DNA of 64,000 nt, taken from sequence record MT446416.1; one strand, written 5' to 3'. The notes below the pieces were generated by a model that made no database searches, was not told the origin of the DNA, and saw only the letters and a list, made by a program, of their open reading frames with translations. Position numbers and translations under genes: made by a program. Positions 19,418-29,841 of the stretch are shown in pieces. Every line of letters starts with the position of its first letter. Position 1 is the stretch's first letter.

Positions 19418-19757
19418 AAAAAAATGGATGGTTACGCTTTTAAACGCCGCTGTTAATTCAGCTTTATAACCACCCGTTTTAACTTGCCTTTCGGCTACCT
19501 TGACGTGGGGGCGTACAGGCTACTAAAAGCAACTTCTGTAAACATATTTCCACACCTTACCCTTTTAAATAAAAGTCCATCCGGTTTTCCAGTTTGGTGA
19601 AGGACTGTCACCTCTAGTTTAAACCTGCTAGTCAAGTAATAATTGCCTATCGTCCAATTATCAAACCCGTCTAGGTTAACATTCACCACTTCCTAGAGTG
19701 CCAGAGATCTTGTTCTGGATTTCATCGACGTAACTTACACCATATACGTCTGATTGT
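19418..19757 (-). ncRNA. candidate structured ncRNA (~340 nt) with its own promoter
   Basis: Promoter 19765-19793 directly upstream; stems GACGTA/TACGTC, CCAGA/TCTGG, CTAGG/CCTAG, GGTGA/TCACC, GCC-GAAA-GGC; 3' stem GGGTGGTTA/TAACCATCC then U tract. Confidence 0.6.
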
Positions 19758-19764
19758 GGAATTC

Positions 19765-19789
19765 ATTATATCAGTACTGAACTATTTAG

Positions 19790-19794
<5 letters not shown>
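19765..19794 (-). promoter_or_regulatory. sigma-70-like promoter
   Basis: TTGACT-N17-TATAAT; 23 nt identical to 20184-20206. Confidence 0.7.
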
Positions 19795-20168
<374 letters not shown>

Positions 20169-20173
20169 TATAC

Positions 20174-20376
<203 letters not shown>

Positions 20377-20380
<4 letters not shown>

Positions 20381-20541
20381 ATTCGTACCAGTAGTTCAAT
20401 TAAGTACATTTCATATGCTGGATCGTTGATAAGTTTATCATACAGATGTGACTCTGAAATGAATTCCCAATGATATTTTCGCCATTTACCAAAACCTGCA
20501 TATCTAAAATTAATGTCATTCATCCATTCTTCATGTGTCAT
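20377..20541 (-). CDS. 54-aa MTHEEW microprotein 2
   Basis: MTHEEWMNDINFRYAGFGKWRKYHWEFISESHLYDKLINDPAYEMYLIELLVRI. Confidence 0.75.
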
Positions 20542-20702
20542 AATCGTACCATTATTTCAATAAAGAACCACGGATATACTTCATGGTTTATAAGTTTATC
20601 GTATTCTGCTGGGTCTGATATAATTTCCCAATGATATTTTCGCCAACTACCTATACCCGAATATCTAACATTAATGTCATCCATCCATTCTTCATGTGTC
20701 AT
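20538..20702 (-). CDS. 54-aa MTHEEW microprotein 1
   Basis: MTHEEWMDDINVRYSGIGSWRKYHWEIISDPAEYDKLINHEVYPWFFIEIMVRL; SD AAGG. Confidence 0.75.
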   Translation of the reverse strand: MTHEEWMDDINVRYSGIGSWRKYHWEIISDPAEYDKLINHEVYPWFFIEIMVRL

Positions 20703-20740
20703 GGTTTTTAACCTTTAATTAAAATTGTCAAAAATGTATT

Positions 20741-21279
<539 letters not shown>

Positions 21280-21299
21280 ATCCTTAATATTATATTTTA

Positions 21300-21371
21300 T
21301 AAAGGGCCGGAGAATCGAACTCCGATTGGATTCTTAGAAGGAATCTGTTTTATCCATTAAACTAGCCCCTC
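21300..21371 (-). tRNA. trnR: tRNA-Arg(TCT)
   Basis: GATTC-CT-TCT-AA-GAATC, CGGAG-TTCGATT-CTCCG; acceptor with G.U pairs; no encoded CCA. Confidence 0.8.
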
Positions 21372-21381
21372 AGTACTAATA

Positions 21382-21410
21382 ATTATATCACATCTTTGTG
21401 GTCTGTCCCA
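21382..21410 (-). promoter_or_regulatory. variant promoter TGGGACA-N13-TGA-TATAAT
   Basis: Directly upstream of tRNA-Arg and the HNH gene. Confidence 0.6.
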
Positions 21411-21431
21411 GAAATTGTGATATAAAAGTTG

Positions 21432-21650
21432 TTATTCTTGTGGTTTAGTTACACCAACACCAATAATGCTTTTAATATCAATATGGATATTAGCAAGTTC
21501 ATTACTGTCAAACGGGTTAGTTTCAGTTACAACAACAGTGGCATCATTAACTAAAACTACTGAACCTTTTACGCGGTATCCCTGAAGGAGTACTTGAACA
21601 TTGTCACCAGCGTTTAATGAGTTAATAACTTCTAATAGGGTAGATTCCAT
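21432..21650 (-). CDS. hypothetical protein
   Basis: ORF track; SD AAGGA. Confidence 0.65.
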   Translation of the reverse strand: MESTLLEVINSLNAGDNVQVLLQGYRVKGSVVLVNDATVVVTETNPFDSNELANIHIDIKSIIGVGVTKPQE

Positions 21651-21666
21651 TTTATATTCCTTACGG

Positions 21667-21858
21667 TTAACTATTTTTACGTTTTTCTGATTCTGGTACA
21701 GTTTTCATTTCACCAATACATAGTTCCATGATGAGTACACCTTTATCATTATAACGTACTACATCTTCAATGTCAAAATGTCTCGCACTATGAACAACTT
21801 CAATACATGCATCATCGGGATATGATTCCAATAATGCTACAAGTTCTGCTTTTGTCAT
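21667..21858 (-). CDS. hypothetical protein
   Basis: ORF track; MTKAELVALLESYPDDA; downstream of TTGACA-N16-TATAAT at 21889-21916. Confidence 0.65.
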   Translation of the reverse strand: MTKAELVALLESYPDDACIEVVHSARHFDIEDVVRYNDKGVLIMELCIGEMKTVPESEKRKNS

Positions 21859-21987
21859 TTGCCATCTCTCTGTTATTTATCTTTAGTAATTATAGCATAA
21901 AAACACATCATGTCAAATGTTTTATCTTTATTTTAAGTGATACACAGTACTGAAAATATAATAAAGAAAAATTTCCAGTACTGAGTT

Positions 21988-22962
21988 TTATTTAACGTGT
22001 TTCCATGATACACCTCTAATAGCTCTACTTATTTGCATTCTATGAACGCCAAACTTTTTTGCTAATGCGTCATAACCAAATTCTTTATGTTTTGGTACAA
22101 ATACTTTTCTACAGTATCTAACTATATCTTCAGTTAATTTGGAATTTGGTTGTTCATCACCTTTAAGATGATAATCAGGGTTATTTATTTCTTTATATTC
22201 TGTACTTTCTTTTGCAGTCGCCCACATAAGATTGTCTAAATCATTATGTTCTTTATTACCATCTTTATGTATTACGTATGGTTTGTTTTCGGGATTTGGT
22301 ATAAAAGCCATTGCCATTACACGACTTATTTTAAATCCTATATGTTTGAATTCATCACCAACTTTTATTTTTGTTGCATGATATGGATTTCCATTACTTA
22401 GAGTCTGCTTTAATATTTTTCCAGTGCGTTTGCTGAATAAATTTCCATTATCACTAATAGAAAAATCATCCTCAAATCCAATTACATCTTTAAATATTTC
22501 AGTTTCATTTTCTGGTGGTTCAAATGGTATTCGGTTTTTATAGTAATATGTATTTTTACAAGAAGTTCCGCAAAATCCTTTTGACCTACTATCAGAAATT
22601 ATTATTCTATTAGTACAGTTGATACATTTTGTTTCATATGGTACAAAGGGTTTATAATTTTCGTATTTTATATTACTTCTTTCTAACATATGAATTCTAG
22701 CATGTTCAGATGCTGACAATATTTCAAGATTTTCTGGGGAATTATTTAATATATTTTCATCTATATGATGTACATGTTCATCGGATGATAACCATCTACC
22801 TGCTGCAACTGCTGCAACATGTCTGTGATAATATACTCTCCCAGTTTTATGACACATGGGGTGTTCTTTATCCATAAAATAAAGATAACCCTTATTAGTG
22901 CCGTGTAATTTTAATTGGTTTATTATACATACCAAAGTTCTCCGTAAGTTGTTGTTTCGCAT
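21988..22962 (-). CDS. homing endonuclease with two HNH-type domains
   Basis: N-half YYHRHVAA..GRWLSSDEHVHHIDENILNNSPENLEIL; C-half NUMOD4-like IFKDVIGFED..SISDNG and AFIPNPENKPYVIHKDGNKEHNDLDNLMWAT; start codon uncertain. Confidence 0.85.
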   Translation of the reverse strand: MRNNNLRRTLVCIINQLKLHGTNKGYLYFMDKEHPMCHKTGRVYYHRHVAAVAAGRWLSSDEHVHHIDENILNNSPENLEILSASEHARIHMLERSNIKYENYKPFVPYETKCINCTNRIIISDSRSKGFCGTSCKNTYYYKNRIPFEPPENETEIFKDVIGFEDDFSISDNGNLFSKRTGKILKQTLSNGNPYHATKIKVGDEFKHIGFKISRVMAMAFIPNPENKPYVIHKDGNKEHNDLDNLMWATAKESTEYKEINNPDYHLKGDEQPNSKLTEDIVRYCRKVFVPKHKEFGYDALAKKFGVHRMQISRAIRGVSWKHVK

Positions 22963-23030
22963 AGAGATATCGGGGAGTCGAACCCCGCCTTAGAAAATCG
23001 GAAGTCTCCAGGAAAACCACTATATACCTC
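22963..23030 (-). tRNA. degenerate tRNA-Gly(TCC)-like element (short D arm)
   Basis: GAGGTAT/ATATCTC acceptor, perfect CGGGG-TTCGACT-CCCCG T arm, CT-TCC-GA loop on weak stem, D region 14 nt. Confidence 0.5.
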
Positions 23031-23060
23031 AATATGTGCATTTCATCTTTCAATAACTGC

Positions 23061-23089
23061 ATTATATCACAGTTTTTTGATTTGTCTCA
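23061..23089 (-). promoter_or_regulatory. variant promoter TGAGACA-N13-TGA-TATAAT
   Basis: Upstream of tRNA-Gly-like element and double HNH. Confidence 0.6.
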
Positions 23090-23104
23090 GGTTTATTTAT
23101 CTTG

Positions 23105-23281
23105 TTATTTTTTATCTCTAATAGCAAGCTCGTAGATGAACCAGTGGTTAGAATCTTCGTCCAAAACCAATGATTCGAACGTTTTTTTATCGTTCAAAAC
23201 ATCATAATGGCCTTGGCGTATACCAAAACCAAAAGGATTATGTTTGAATTTTAGTTCATCTAACCATTCTTTGTGTGTCAT
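23105..23281 (-). CDS. 58-aa MTHKEW microprotein
   Basis: Hand translation MTHKEWLDELKFKHNPFGFGIRQGHYDVLNDKKTFESLVLDEDSNHWFIYELAIRDKK; ATGA overlap with upstream ORF. Confidence 0.7.
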   Translation of the reverse strand: MTHKEWLDELKFKHNPFGFGIRQGHYDVLNDKKTFESLVLDEDSNHWFIYELAIRDKK

Positions 23282-23463
23282 CTTATTTTATCCATAACTG
23301 CTATACTAAAATATTTACCAAAATCATCACAATTGATAATGTTGTTATAGTACTCAATTGGGTTACGCAATGATATATACAATTCAAGCTTAAAATAGTA
23401 TATATCTGCTGCATTTATATTATAGTGTAGATTAAACCACTCATCAAATGTCTTAGGCTGCAT
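23278..23463 (-). CDS. small protein, possibly related to MTHEEW family
   Basis: MQPKTFDEWF N-terminus. Confidence 0.6.
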   Translation of the reverse strand: MQPKTFDEWFNLHYNINAADIYYFKLELYISLRNPIEYYNNIINCDDFGKYFSIAVMDKIR

Positions 23464-23857
23464 TATATTTATCTTTATAAAAATCCATGATTTTAGTCAA
23501 CAGTACTGCAATCGTATAATCTAAATCAGGATAAAGTAAATTGTACTGAAATTCTTCCTCTACACTATAGTTTGTGGTGCAGTACTGATAGTCTTTATAA
23601 CCAATGGAAAAATGGTTAGGATACAATGTACAACGAAATCGATATGCTTCATCTGTCATATAATCATTGTATTCAACACAGAAGTATAGTGATTTGGCAT
23701 TTAATTCAATAAGCTCGACAAAACCATCAGGTAATGAATGGTTATAAATGACTGAATCTTCATTAAACCATTCATAGTATTTTTCCAAAAAATCACTAAT
23801 AGATACATCCAGACTTTGTATAGGTGGAGTAATGATAATTTGAACTTCGTTATTCAT
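23453..23857 (-). CDS. FQxST-motif paralogue (divergent)
   Basis: VEEEFQYNLLY. Confidence 0.65.
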   Translation of the reverse strand: MNNEVQIIITPPIQSLDVSISDFLEKYYEWFNEDSVIYNHSLPDGFVELIELNAKSLYFCVEYNDYMTDEAYRFRCTLYPNHFSIGYKDYQYCTTNYSVEEEFQYNLLYPDLDYTIAVLLTKIMDFYKDKYNAA

Positions 23858-24402
23858 TTCGACCCCTTACTATATTTCACGTATGGGCTATCATACAGAT
23901 CATAACTTTTTTGTGCACGTTCTTTTCTACGTTCATACATGATTCTATCATACTCCTTGGCTTTCGCATTTGCTTCATTATACAATTTTAAAATTAGCAA
24001 AAATGTATCAAGGTCAGGATAGTTTGCTGGATTGATAGTACTCAGCATAAATCGTTCTTCTTCAGTTCTAGCTAAGTCAAACTCGTACTTAATAGTTTTA
24101 TACCCACTCCATTTATATGTATGTGTTACTTTATTAGTAAGTACATTGTATCCAACGAAGTCAGTACTACCATCAAGTACACGAGTAATCATAATAGATG
24201 TACCAATGACAATCTGCACAGAACTCATTTCTGTAGTTTTAAAGTAATATATATTACCACGTCGCAGATTAACTTCTCGTGTCCCAACATGAACATGCTT
24301 AAGAACTTCACTTAATGGTTCTGGTACACCACGAATAGGCATATTAATGCTCCTTTTTAATTCTATACATTTTAACAGCACTGGTTTCCCAAAAGTCACC
24401 AT
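23854..24402 (-). CDS. FQxST-motif paralogue
   Basis: TEEERFMLSTIN; true start probably internal. Confidence 0.65.
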   Translation of the reverse strand: MVTFGKPVLLKCIELKRSINMPIRGVPEPLSEVLKHVHVGTREVNLRRGNIYYFKTTEMSSVQIVIGTSIMITRVLDGSTDFVGYNVLTNKVTHTYKWSGYKTIKYEFDLARTEEERFMLSTINPANYPDLDTFLLILKLYNEANAKAKEYDRIMYERRKERAQKSYDLYDSPYVKYSKGSK

Positions 24403-24580
24403 CTAAGTTGCTGAATTTATATATAGTTTCGAGATTTTCACCATCAAACGAAAACAATACAACATCTTCTTGTACAGTACCGTTATGTAACATGATATCA
24501 TAAACTTCATTTCTTACAAATAATTCTTTGGCCTTAGAAATATCAAAATTAATAAATTTCATATATCCTCCTATTATCAT
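24344..24580 (-). CDS. hypothetical protein
   Basis: ORF track; SD GGAGG before MKFINF. Confidence 0.6.
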   Translation of the reverse strand: MIIGGYMKFINFDISKAKELFVRNEVYDIMLHNGTVQEDVVLFSFDGENLETIYKFSNLDGDFWETSAVKMYRIKKEH

Positions 24581-24610
24581 TATTTGTATTATATCAGAGT
24601 TTCATTGCAC

Positions 24611-25003
24611 TTACCAGCATGTTTTCATAACTTCTGTGATGTAAATCATTTTATCTTTTAGTTCATAAGGGATGCAAATTTCACCTGGGCTTAACGTTGT
24701 GTTCTTTTGAAACTCATCCTCTTCGGAATCAGCCAGGTAAAATGGGTGCGTCACAAAGTTATCATCAACTGGACGATTATGTGGTTTCATTAATGCATCA
24801 TGATTGACAAAATAATAAGCATCAATATCAGGACGGAAATACAAACAATCAACCTTAATGCACGGGTGTAACCATAAGGACAAAGAATATGTTATTTGGT
24901 TACCAATTTGTCTTGGACCAGATGCAATTGTATTGATGTTATTTTTATCTTGTACCATTTCATAAATGAAATCTATCATTTCACGTAGTTCAGATTCAGT
25001 CAT
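24611..25003 (-). CDS. FQxST-motif paralogue
   Basis: SEEDEFQKNTTL. Confidence 0.65.
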   Translation of the reverse strand: MTESELREMIDFIYEMVQDKNNINTIASGPRQIGNQITYSLSLWLHPCIKVDCLYFRPDIDAYYFVNHDALMKPHNRPVDDNFVTHPFYLADSEEDEFQKNTTLSPGEICIPYELKDKMIYITEVMKTCW

Positions 25004-25014
25004 TTTATTTCCTT

Positions 25015-25043
25015 AAAAAAAATACCCAGTACTAGACTGGGTA
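25015..25043 (-). terminator. intrinsic terminator
   Basis: TACCCAGT-CTAGT-ACTGGGTA then T8. Confidence 0.7.
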
Positions 25044-25226
25044 TAAAGTAATGTTCAATCAGATTTCTTTTCGTAATCTGCAAAAACAGTCAGGATTGTT
25101 GCACCCAGTGAATCAACTGCTGCTGCACGTTTTTCATCAAGGGATTTCGCTAGTTCTTGAATCTCTTGAAGTTTTACTACTAAGTCAATTTTTTGATTAC
25201 TCATTACTTCTCCTATTGAATGTATT

Positions 25227-25532
25227 TTAGATGTTAATTTTGATACCAGATAGATCCAGTACTTTACGTATAGTAGGTTCTGGTTCAGGCTGAACAACCT
25301 CTTCAGGCTCTTGTACTGGAATCTTTGTGTTAATATTTAGACCATCTTGAAGAATTTCAGGGATAATTCCATGCTGCACATCATTGTACATAGACACAAC
25401 AGTTTCTGCACAAGATAACATTTCACGAACTTTAAACTGATATCCTTGTGGTAAATCTTTGATGATTTCCATAACATCTAATAACTTCGTTTGTACATCA
25501 ATAAGAATACTGTTTGATTTATCTGCGTCCAT
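25227..25532 (-). CDS. hypothetical protein
   Basis: ORF track. Confidence 0.65.
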   Translation of the reverse strand: MDADKSNSILIDVQTKLLDVMEIIKDLPQGYQFKVREMLSCAETVVSMYNDVQHGIIPEILQDGLNINTKIPVQEPEEVVQPEPEPTIRKVLDLSGIKINI

Positions 25533-26038
25533 TAATCCAACTCCACTACGTTATTTTTTTTCTTTGTATTTACTACAGTGGGTGAATCATTTTTTGTCAC
25601 ATCACCTCGTAATTTCTTTTCTAGTGCGATGATACGCTTTAATGTCTTAATTGACGGTCGTTTCTTTGTTAGCTCGGCTTTTGCTTCAGTATAATACTTT
25701 CGGATATATCCATATGCATAATACTTAGAACCAATAAAAATTTCAGCAACGGCTGGCTGGTAACTCATTTCGGCCCCATCAAGATCCACTGGTGATGCAT
25801 AAAATACAATATTTGTATTACACGAAGAAATTTTAGCAACCAGTAAGTTAGCTTCAAGTTTATTCAAAATCAACGTAGTGGTTTCTTCTGCCTCGTCACT
25901 GTACTGCATTGCTGACATTAGAAGTTGAAATGACTTGAAGTAATTACTACCACTGATTACCGTATTGAAGATTAAGCCCAATGTAATCAGTACTAGTGTA
26001 CCAAGACATATAAACAAAAACCAATATTCAACACTCAT
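25532..26038 (-). CDS. membrane-anchored hypothetical protein
   Basis: N-terminal TM segment; SD GAGGA. Confidence 0.65.
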   Translation of the reverse strand: MSVEYWFLFICLGTLVLITLGLIFNTVISGSNYFKSFQLLMSAMQYSDEAEETTTLILNKLEANLLVAKISSCNTNIVFYASPVDLDGAEMSYQPAVAEIFIGSKYYAYGYIRKYYTEAKAELTKKRPSIKTLKRIIALEKKLRGDVTKNDSPTVVNTKKKNNVVELD

Positions 26039-26103
26039 TAATATATCCTCAGTTTGTATTTTATTAAAAAAGCCCCATCAACATTGATGAGGCGGGAAAT
26101 CAA

Positions 26104-26313
26104 TTACTTACGGTTTGCTTTACGCAGTTCAGAAAGTTCTTCTTGTAGACTTTTCTTCCATGCAATTAGATGAGCAAAACGGATTGGCCTTGCACCAGTA
26201 CCGTGGAATACTGCGAGAGCTTCTTCAGCTTGATGAATCTGGAACTGAATGTAGTTCACAGTGCGGTCGAAGTCGGTGATATCTAGTACTTGTGCCTTAG
26301 TTTCTTTAGCCAT
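26104..26313 (-). CDS. hypothetical protein
   Basis: ORF track; downstream of variant promoter 26397-26425. Confidence 0.65.
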   Translation of the reverse strand: MAKETKAQVLDITDFDRTVNYIQFQIHQAEEALAVFHGTGARPIRFAHLIAWKKSLQEELSELRKANRK

Positions 26314-26396
26314 TTTAATACCCTTTTATTTCTTTTTTATGAAAAACCCTCATCATTGAGGAATGGTTTGCATTTTTACATCTGCCGATAATATAC

Positions 26397-26425
26397 ATTA
26401 TATCATGCTTTTCAGCGTTGTCCCA
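26397..26425 (-). promoter_or_regulatory. variant promoter TGGGACA-N13-TGA-TATAAT
   Basis: Same geometry as four other copies. Confidence 0.6.
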
Positions 26426-26430
26426 AAAAA

Positions 26431-26790
26431 TTAATTATTTTTTAGAACAAATTTCACAACTGGTAACTCTGTTTCGTTTGATTCGGATTCATTATATCCG
26501 TTCTTCGTGAGAACGTCAATAACTTTTTTAGAATCGATTGTAAATTTATCAAGTTCAGTATAACGATAATAATCAATGGTCTGACTGAACTCATACTCAC
26601 CTGGACGCTGACGGCAACATGTTTGTGTTTCTGACATAATTGCATTGATTAGATAATAAGATTCAGTACTATCATTGTTTGGTACATAAATCTTACCATC
26701 AAAATGAATCACTTCATGCTTATTCATACAGTGAGTTAATCTCCGATTGAAGAATTGAAATAATTTCCTTTTGAAGACCTGTAATTTCAC
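26431..26790 (-). CDS. hypothetical protein
   Basis: ORF track; true start probably MNKHE. Confidence 0.6.
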   Translation of the reverse strand: MKLQVFKRKLFQFFNRRLTHCMNKHEVIHFDGKIYVPNNDSTESYYLINAIMSETQTCCRQRPGEYEFSQTIDYYRYTELDKFTIDSKKVIDVLTKNGYNESESNETELPVVKFVLKNN

Positions 26791-26989
26791 TGTTCAGTGA
26801 GGATAAACGTTTGGTCAATGCCATAAACTGTTTAGCGTCTTCTTTGGAACGGTCGTTACGAACTTTATCGGAACTCCAGTTAGCATATGATTGCTCATCT
26901 TTTTTGTTAAGAATGTCCCAGTCCAAACGGACTAGTTTTCGTTCTTTCTTAAGTTCGCTTAGGCGAGATTTCATTTCTTCTTTAGTCAT
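26720..26989 (-). CDS. hypothetical coiled-coil protein
   Basis: ORF track. Confidence 0.65.
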   Translation of the reverse strand: MTKEEMKSRLSELKKERKLVRLDWDILNKKDEQSYANWSSDKVRNDRSKEDAKQFMALTKRLSSLNSEITGLQKEIISILQSEINSLYE

Positions 26990-27279
26990 TACAAGGTTCC
27001 TTTCATAAAGTCAGGGATAACGATTACGATAGAAGGATTATACTCCACATATCCATTCTTTGTCAATAGACTTTTGATATCAGAAATAACATTATCATGT
27101 TGTTCCATATCTTTATCGCAGTGAATTTCCAATTCTTTTAGGAAAGGTTGTTTAACTGAAATTGATTGGGTCAGTGTTTGAATACGCTGCATCATATCAA
27201 TTGGATCAGGACTGAACTCATTACCAACATAAAGAGTGCCAGATGCATCCTTTTCAAGTAAGACTTCTAAAATTTTCAT
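26989..27279 (-). CDS. hypothetical protein
   Basis: ORF track. Confidence 0.65.
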   Translation of the reverse strand: MKILEVLLEKDASGTLYVGNEFSPDPIDMMQRIQTLTQSISVKQPFLKELEIHCDKDMEQHDNVISDIKSLLTKNGYVEYNPSIVIVIPDFMKGTL

Positions 27280-28106
27280 TTTGTACCCTTTAATGTACCA
27301 AAATTACGTAGTGTAAATCCAGGAACTGGAAAATATACATCACAGTCAATGTCAGGATTCATTGTCACTACCTCATTACACATTATATCACGAATTCCAC
27401 TTCCGTCTACGATTTTTTGCATTAAATCGTTCCATTCTTTTCGTTCAATAACATATGTGTTAATCAAACACAAGTCATGACCACGTTTCGAAATATAACC
27501 AAGTACTACATCATTGTGGACAACACGCATAGTAACTTTTCCAATTCGAATTCCTCGTACTGCATTAGTACTAGTATCGTCGTAAATCAGTTCTATTCTA
27601 AGTGAACCATTAGATATAAGAGTTGTGGTATATTTTGAAACCATATTCTCAATTTCTTGAGTTAAATCGTCTCGGTTAAGGTACTCAAACACCGAATATG
27701 TCAACTCATTTGCATCCAAACATTGGACTGTTGGAAGCTGGGCAACCATATCCAAAGATACAGGTTCTATGTATATTTTTTCAATATCAGATGTTTTGAC
27801 GAATAGATACCCTTCTAGCGTCATTGAACTAACAATTTCTGCATAATAAGAGTACAGATAAAAAACATTCGTCTCATTCGAATCAGTTTCTACCCAAACC
27901 TCTGCCTGTTTCATCTCATATTGTTGTAGAATTCGTTGTGTAAACCCAATGTAAAATCCAAGATTAACATCGGATTGAGTTTCAAACGGTTTAAACATCA
28001 AATATGGATATTTGTCAAGATACTCATTGAACTTACGCTGGGTATCTCTATCACAATCAATGATGTACTTTCGGAATTCAGAAATGATTACTTTTTCCAA
28101 TGACAT
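27276..28106 (-). CDS. hypothetical protein
   Basis: ORF track, 276 aa. Confidence 0.7.
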   Translation of the reverse strand: MSLEKVIISEFRKYIIDCDRDTQRKFNEYLDKYPYLMFKPFETQSDVNLGFYIGFTQRILQQYEMKQAEVWVETDSNETNVFYLYSYYAEIVSSMTLEGYLFVKTSDIEKIYIEPVSLDMVAQLPTVQCLDANELTYSVFEYLNRDDLTQEIENMVSKYTTTLISNGSLRIELIYDDTSTNAVRGIRIGKVTMRVVHNDVVLGYISKRGHDLCLINTYVIERKEWNDLMQKIVDGSGIRDIMCNEVVTMNPDIDCDVYFPVPGFTLRNFGTLKGTK

Positions 28107-28108
28107 AA

Positions 28109-28306
28109 TTATTCCTCACGATGCATAAAGTACATAAACATCGCCAACCATATACAGAATCCAACGCAACGAAGAAACATATCAACTGTTGGATCAGTGC
28201 CACCAGTAACTTGGTAAACGATTACTGGAATTAAAGCAATAGCAATAGACACTGTACATAAGATGAATGCAACAAACACCTCAAACATAAACTTAATCGT
28301 TTCCAT
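28109..28306 (-). CDS. small two-TM membrane protein
   Basis: Two hydrophobic segments. Confidence 0.6.
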   Translation of the reverse strand: METIKFMFEVFVAFILCTVSIAIALIPVIVYQVTGGTDPTVDMFLRCVGFCIWLAMFMYFMHREE

Positions 28307-28880
28307 TATTATCCTTCAATGTGTAGTGTAGTACATCTAAAAAGTTATACATTGATTCATTACGCATAACCTTGATTGTTAAATTACCACAACCCAACAT
28401 ACGTTTGAGGCGACGCTTCACCGCAGTTAAATCATGAGAACTATTTGTGTACAGACCATTAACCTGACCCGGAACAGTAGGAACATGAAGAATGTAATCA
28501 TAATTCATTAGTAAGCGTTGATTATATTTCTTTAATGCTTGCTTGTATTCTGAAATATTTTCAAAGAATGTACAATAACGGTCGTAACGATTCATTTTAT
28601 TCAAAATTGAAATACGAAAAGCGTTACCACTATTCCAATCATCTTCAGTTGGGTTTGGGTTGATATGTGCCATGTTAGCTGTACTGTACCCACCACTTGT
28701 GAAAACTTCAGAATATCCATTCTCAAAAACATACAATGTTGCTTTGTGGCCTCGGAATTCTTTACGGTACTTTGACAGTACTTGAATGTGATTACGCTTG
28801 GACTTGTACATCTCGTAACCTTCATAATCGCCACTGAATTCACAAATTTTATCAACACCAGCCATTTCGTATATCCTCAT
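28293..28880 (-). CDS. hypothetical protein
   Basis: ORF track; downstream of promoter 28898-28926. Confidence 0.7.
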   Translation of the reverse strand: MRIYEMAGVDKICEFSGDYEGYEMYKSKRNHIQVLSKYRKEFRGHKATLYVFENGYSEVFTSGGYSTANMAHINPNPTEDDWNSGNAFRISILNKMNRYDRYCTFFENISEYKQALKKYNQRLLMNYDYILHVPTVPGQVNGLYTNSSHDLTAVKRRLKRMLGCGNLTIKVMRNESMYNFLDVLHYTLKDNNGND

Positions 28881-28897
28881 TTGATTAATATAGGAGT

Positions 28898-28926
28898 ATT
28901 ATACATACTCCATTTTCATGTGTCAA
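28898..28926 (-). promoter_or_regulatory. consensus sigma-70 promoter
   Basis: TTGACA-N17-TATAAT. Confidence 0.8.
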
Positions 28927-29397
28927 GCTTTATAATACGGAAGACTTTTCACTAAAGATTCGGACGTATTATTTTTAACCCATGTACTACCGTTGTCATT
29001 GGATACATATCCAGTACCATTAACAAACTTACGCATAATACCAGTAAAAATGTTCGTATACACCATTATTCAGTATCCTTCGGTTTAGAATGTAAACCAT
29101 ACTTTTCATCATAACGGTCATAAGTAGTACCATTCGTACTAGCTTTGATGCTTTCGGTACGATTGATTTGTTCAATCTTCACACCACGATAACCAATCTC
29201 TTCTTTAAATTGTTCCCATGATTCACGTAGACTCATTTTAGTCCCCTTTTGTTATTTCATACACTCACGTAGAACAATCTTTTCAACTGAACCACCGAGT
29301 ACTAGATAGTGAAAATTAGAATCTTTGTTTGCCATATTCAAAAGATCTGCTTTCTGTTGAAGCGTAAAGCGTGAAGTACTGTTACGTACTGGCATAG

Positions 29398-29841
29398 TTA
29401 CTCCTTAAAGTAGATATCACGAATTTGCTTAATCATCTCTAACTCTTGAAGTCCTATCATACCGAAGTTTTCTTGCACTGTCAACTGTTGGAAGTACATT
29501 TCCTCTAAATTATTATAAGGAATATCCACTAATGATAAAGGAACACTTTCACCACGGTATAGCAGATCTTCAACGAAAAGTTTTAAAATCATGATAGAAA
29601 ATGAATCTTTTTGGATATGAAATTTGTAAAATGTTTGGTTAGTGCTGAGCATTGTATTTGATGGATTGAACCCCATTTCAACAAATACTGTATCTTTATC
29701 ATTATGTTTGAAATATGTACATCTTGAATTCGCAAGAACTTTAGATTTTGGGAAATAAAAATCACCCATCATCTTCTGTCGTTTCCAGTCCTCATATACA
29801 ACTGGATGCTTTACCTTCTTCAATTGGTGCAGTACTGTCAT
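29398..29841 (-). CDS. FQxST-motif paralogue
   Basis: LEEMYFQQLTVQE. Confidence 0.7.
   Translation of the reverse strand: MTVLHQLKKVKHPVVYEDWKRQKMMGDFYFPKSKVLANSRCTYFKHNDKDTVFVEMGFNPSNTMLSTNQTFYKFHIQKDSFSIMILKLFVEDLLYRGESVPLSLVDIPYNNLEEMYFQQLTVQENFGMIGLQELEMIKQIRDIYFKE

Noticed and set aside
19495-19689. 64-aa minus-strand ORF
   Set aside because: GTG start, and it lies inside a hairpin-rich, promoter-flanked region better explained as an ncRNA. Not excluded without ribosome profiling.
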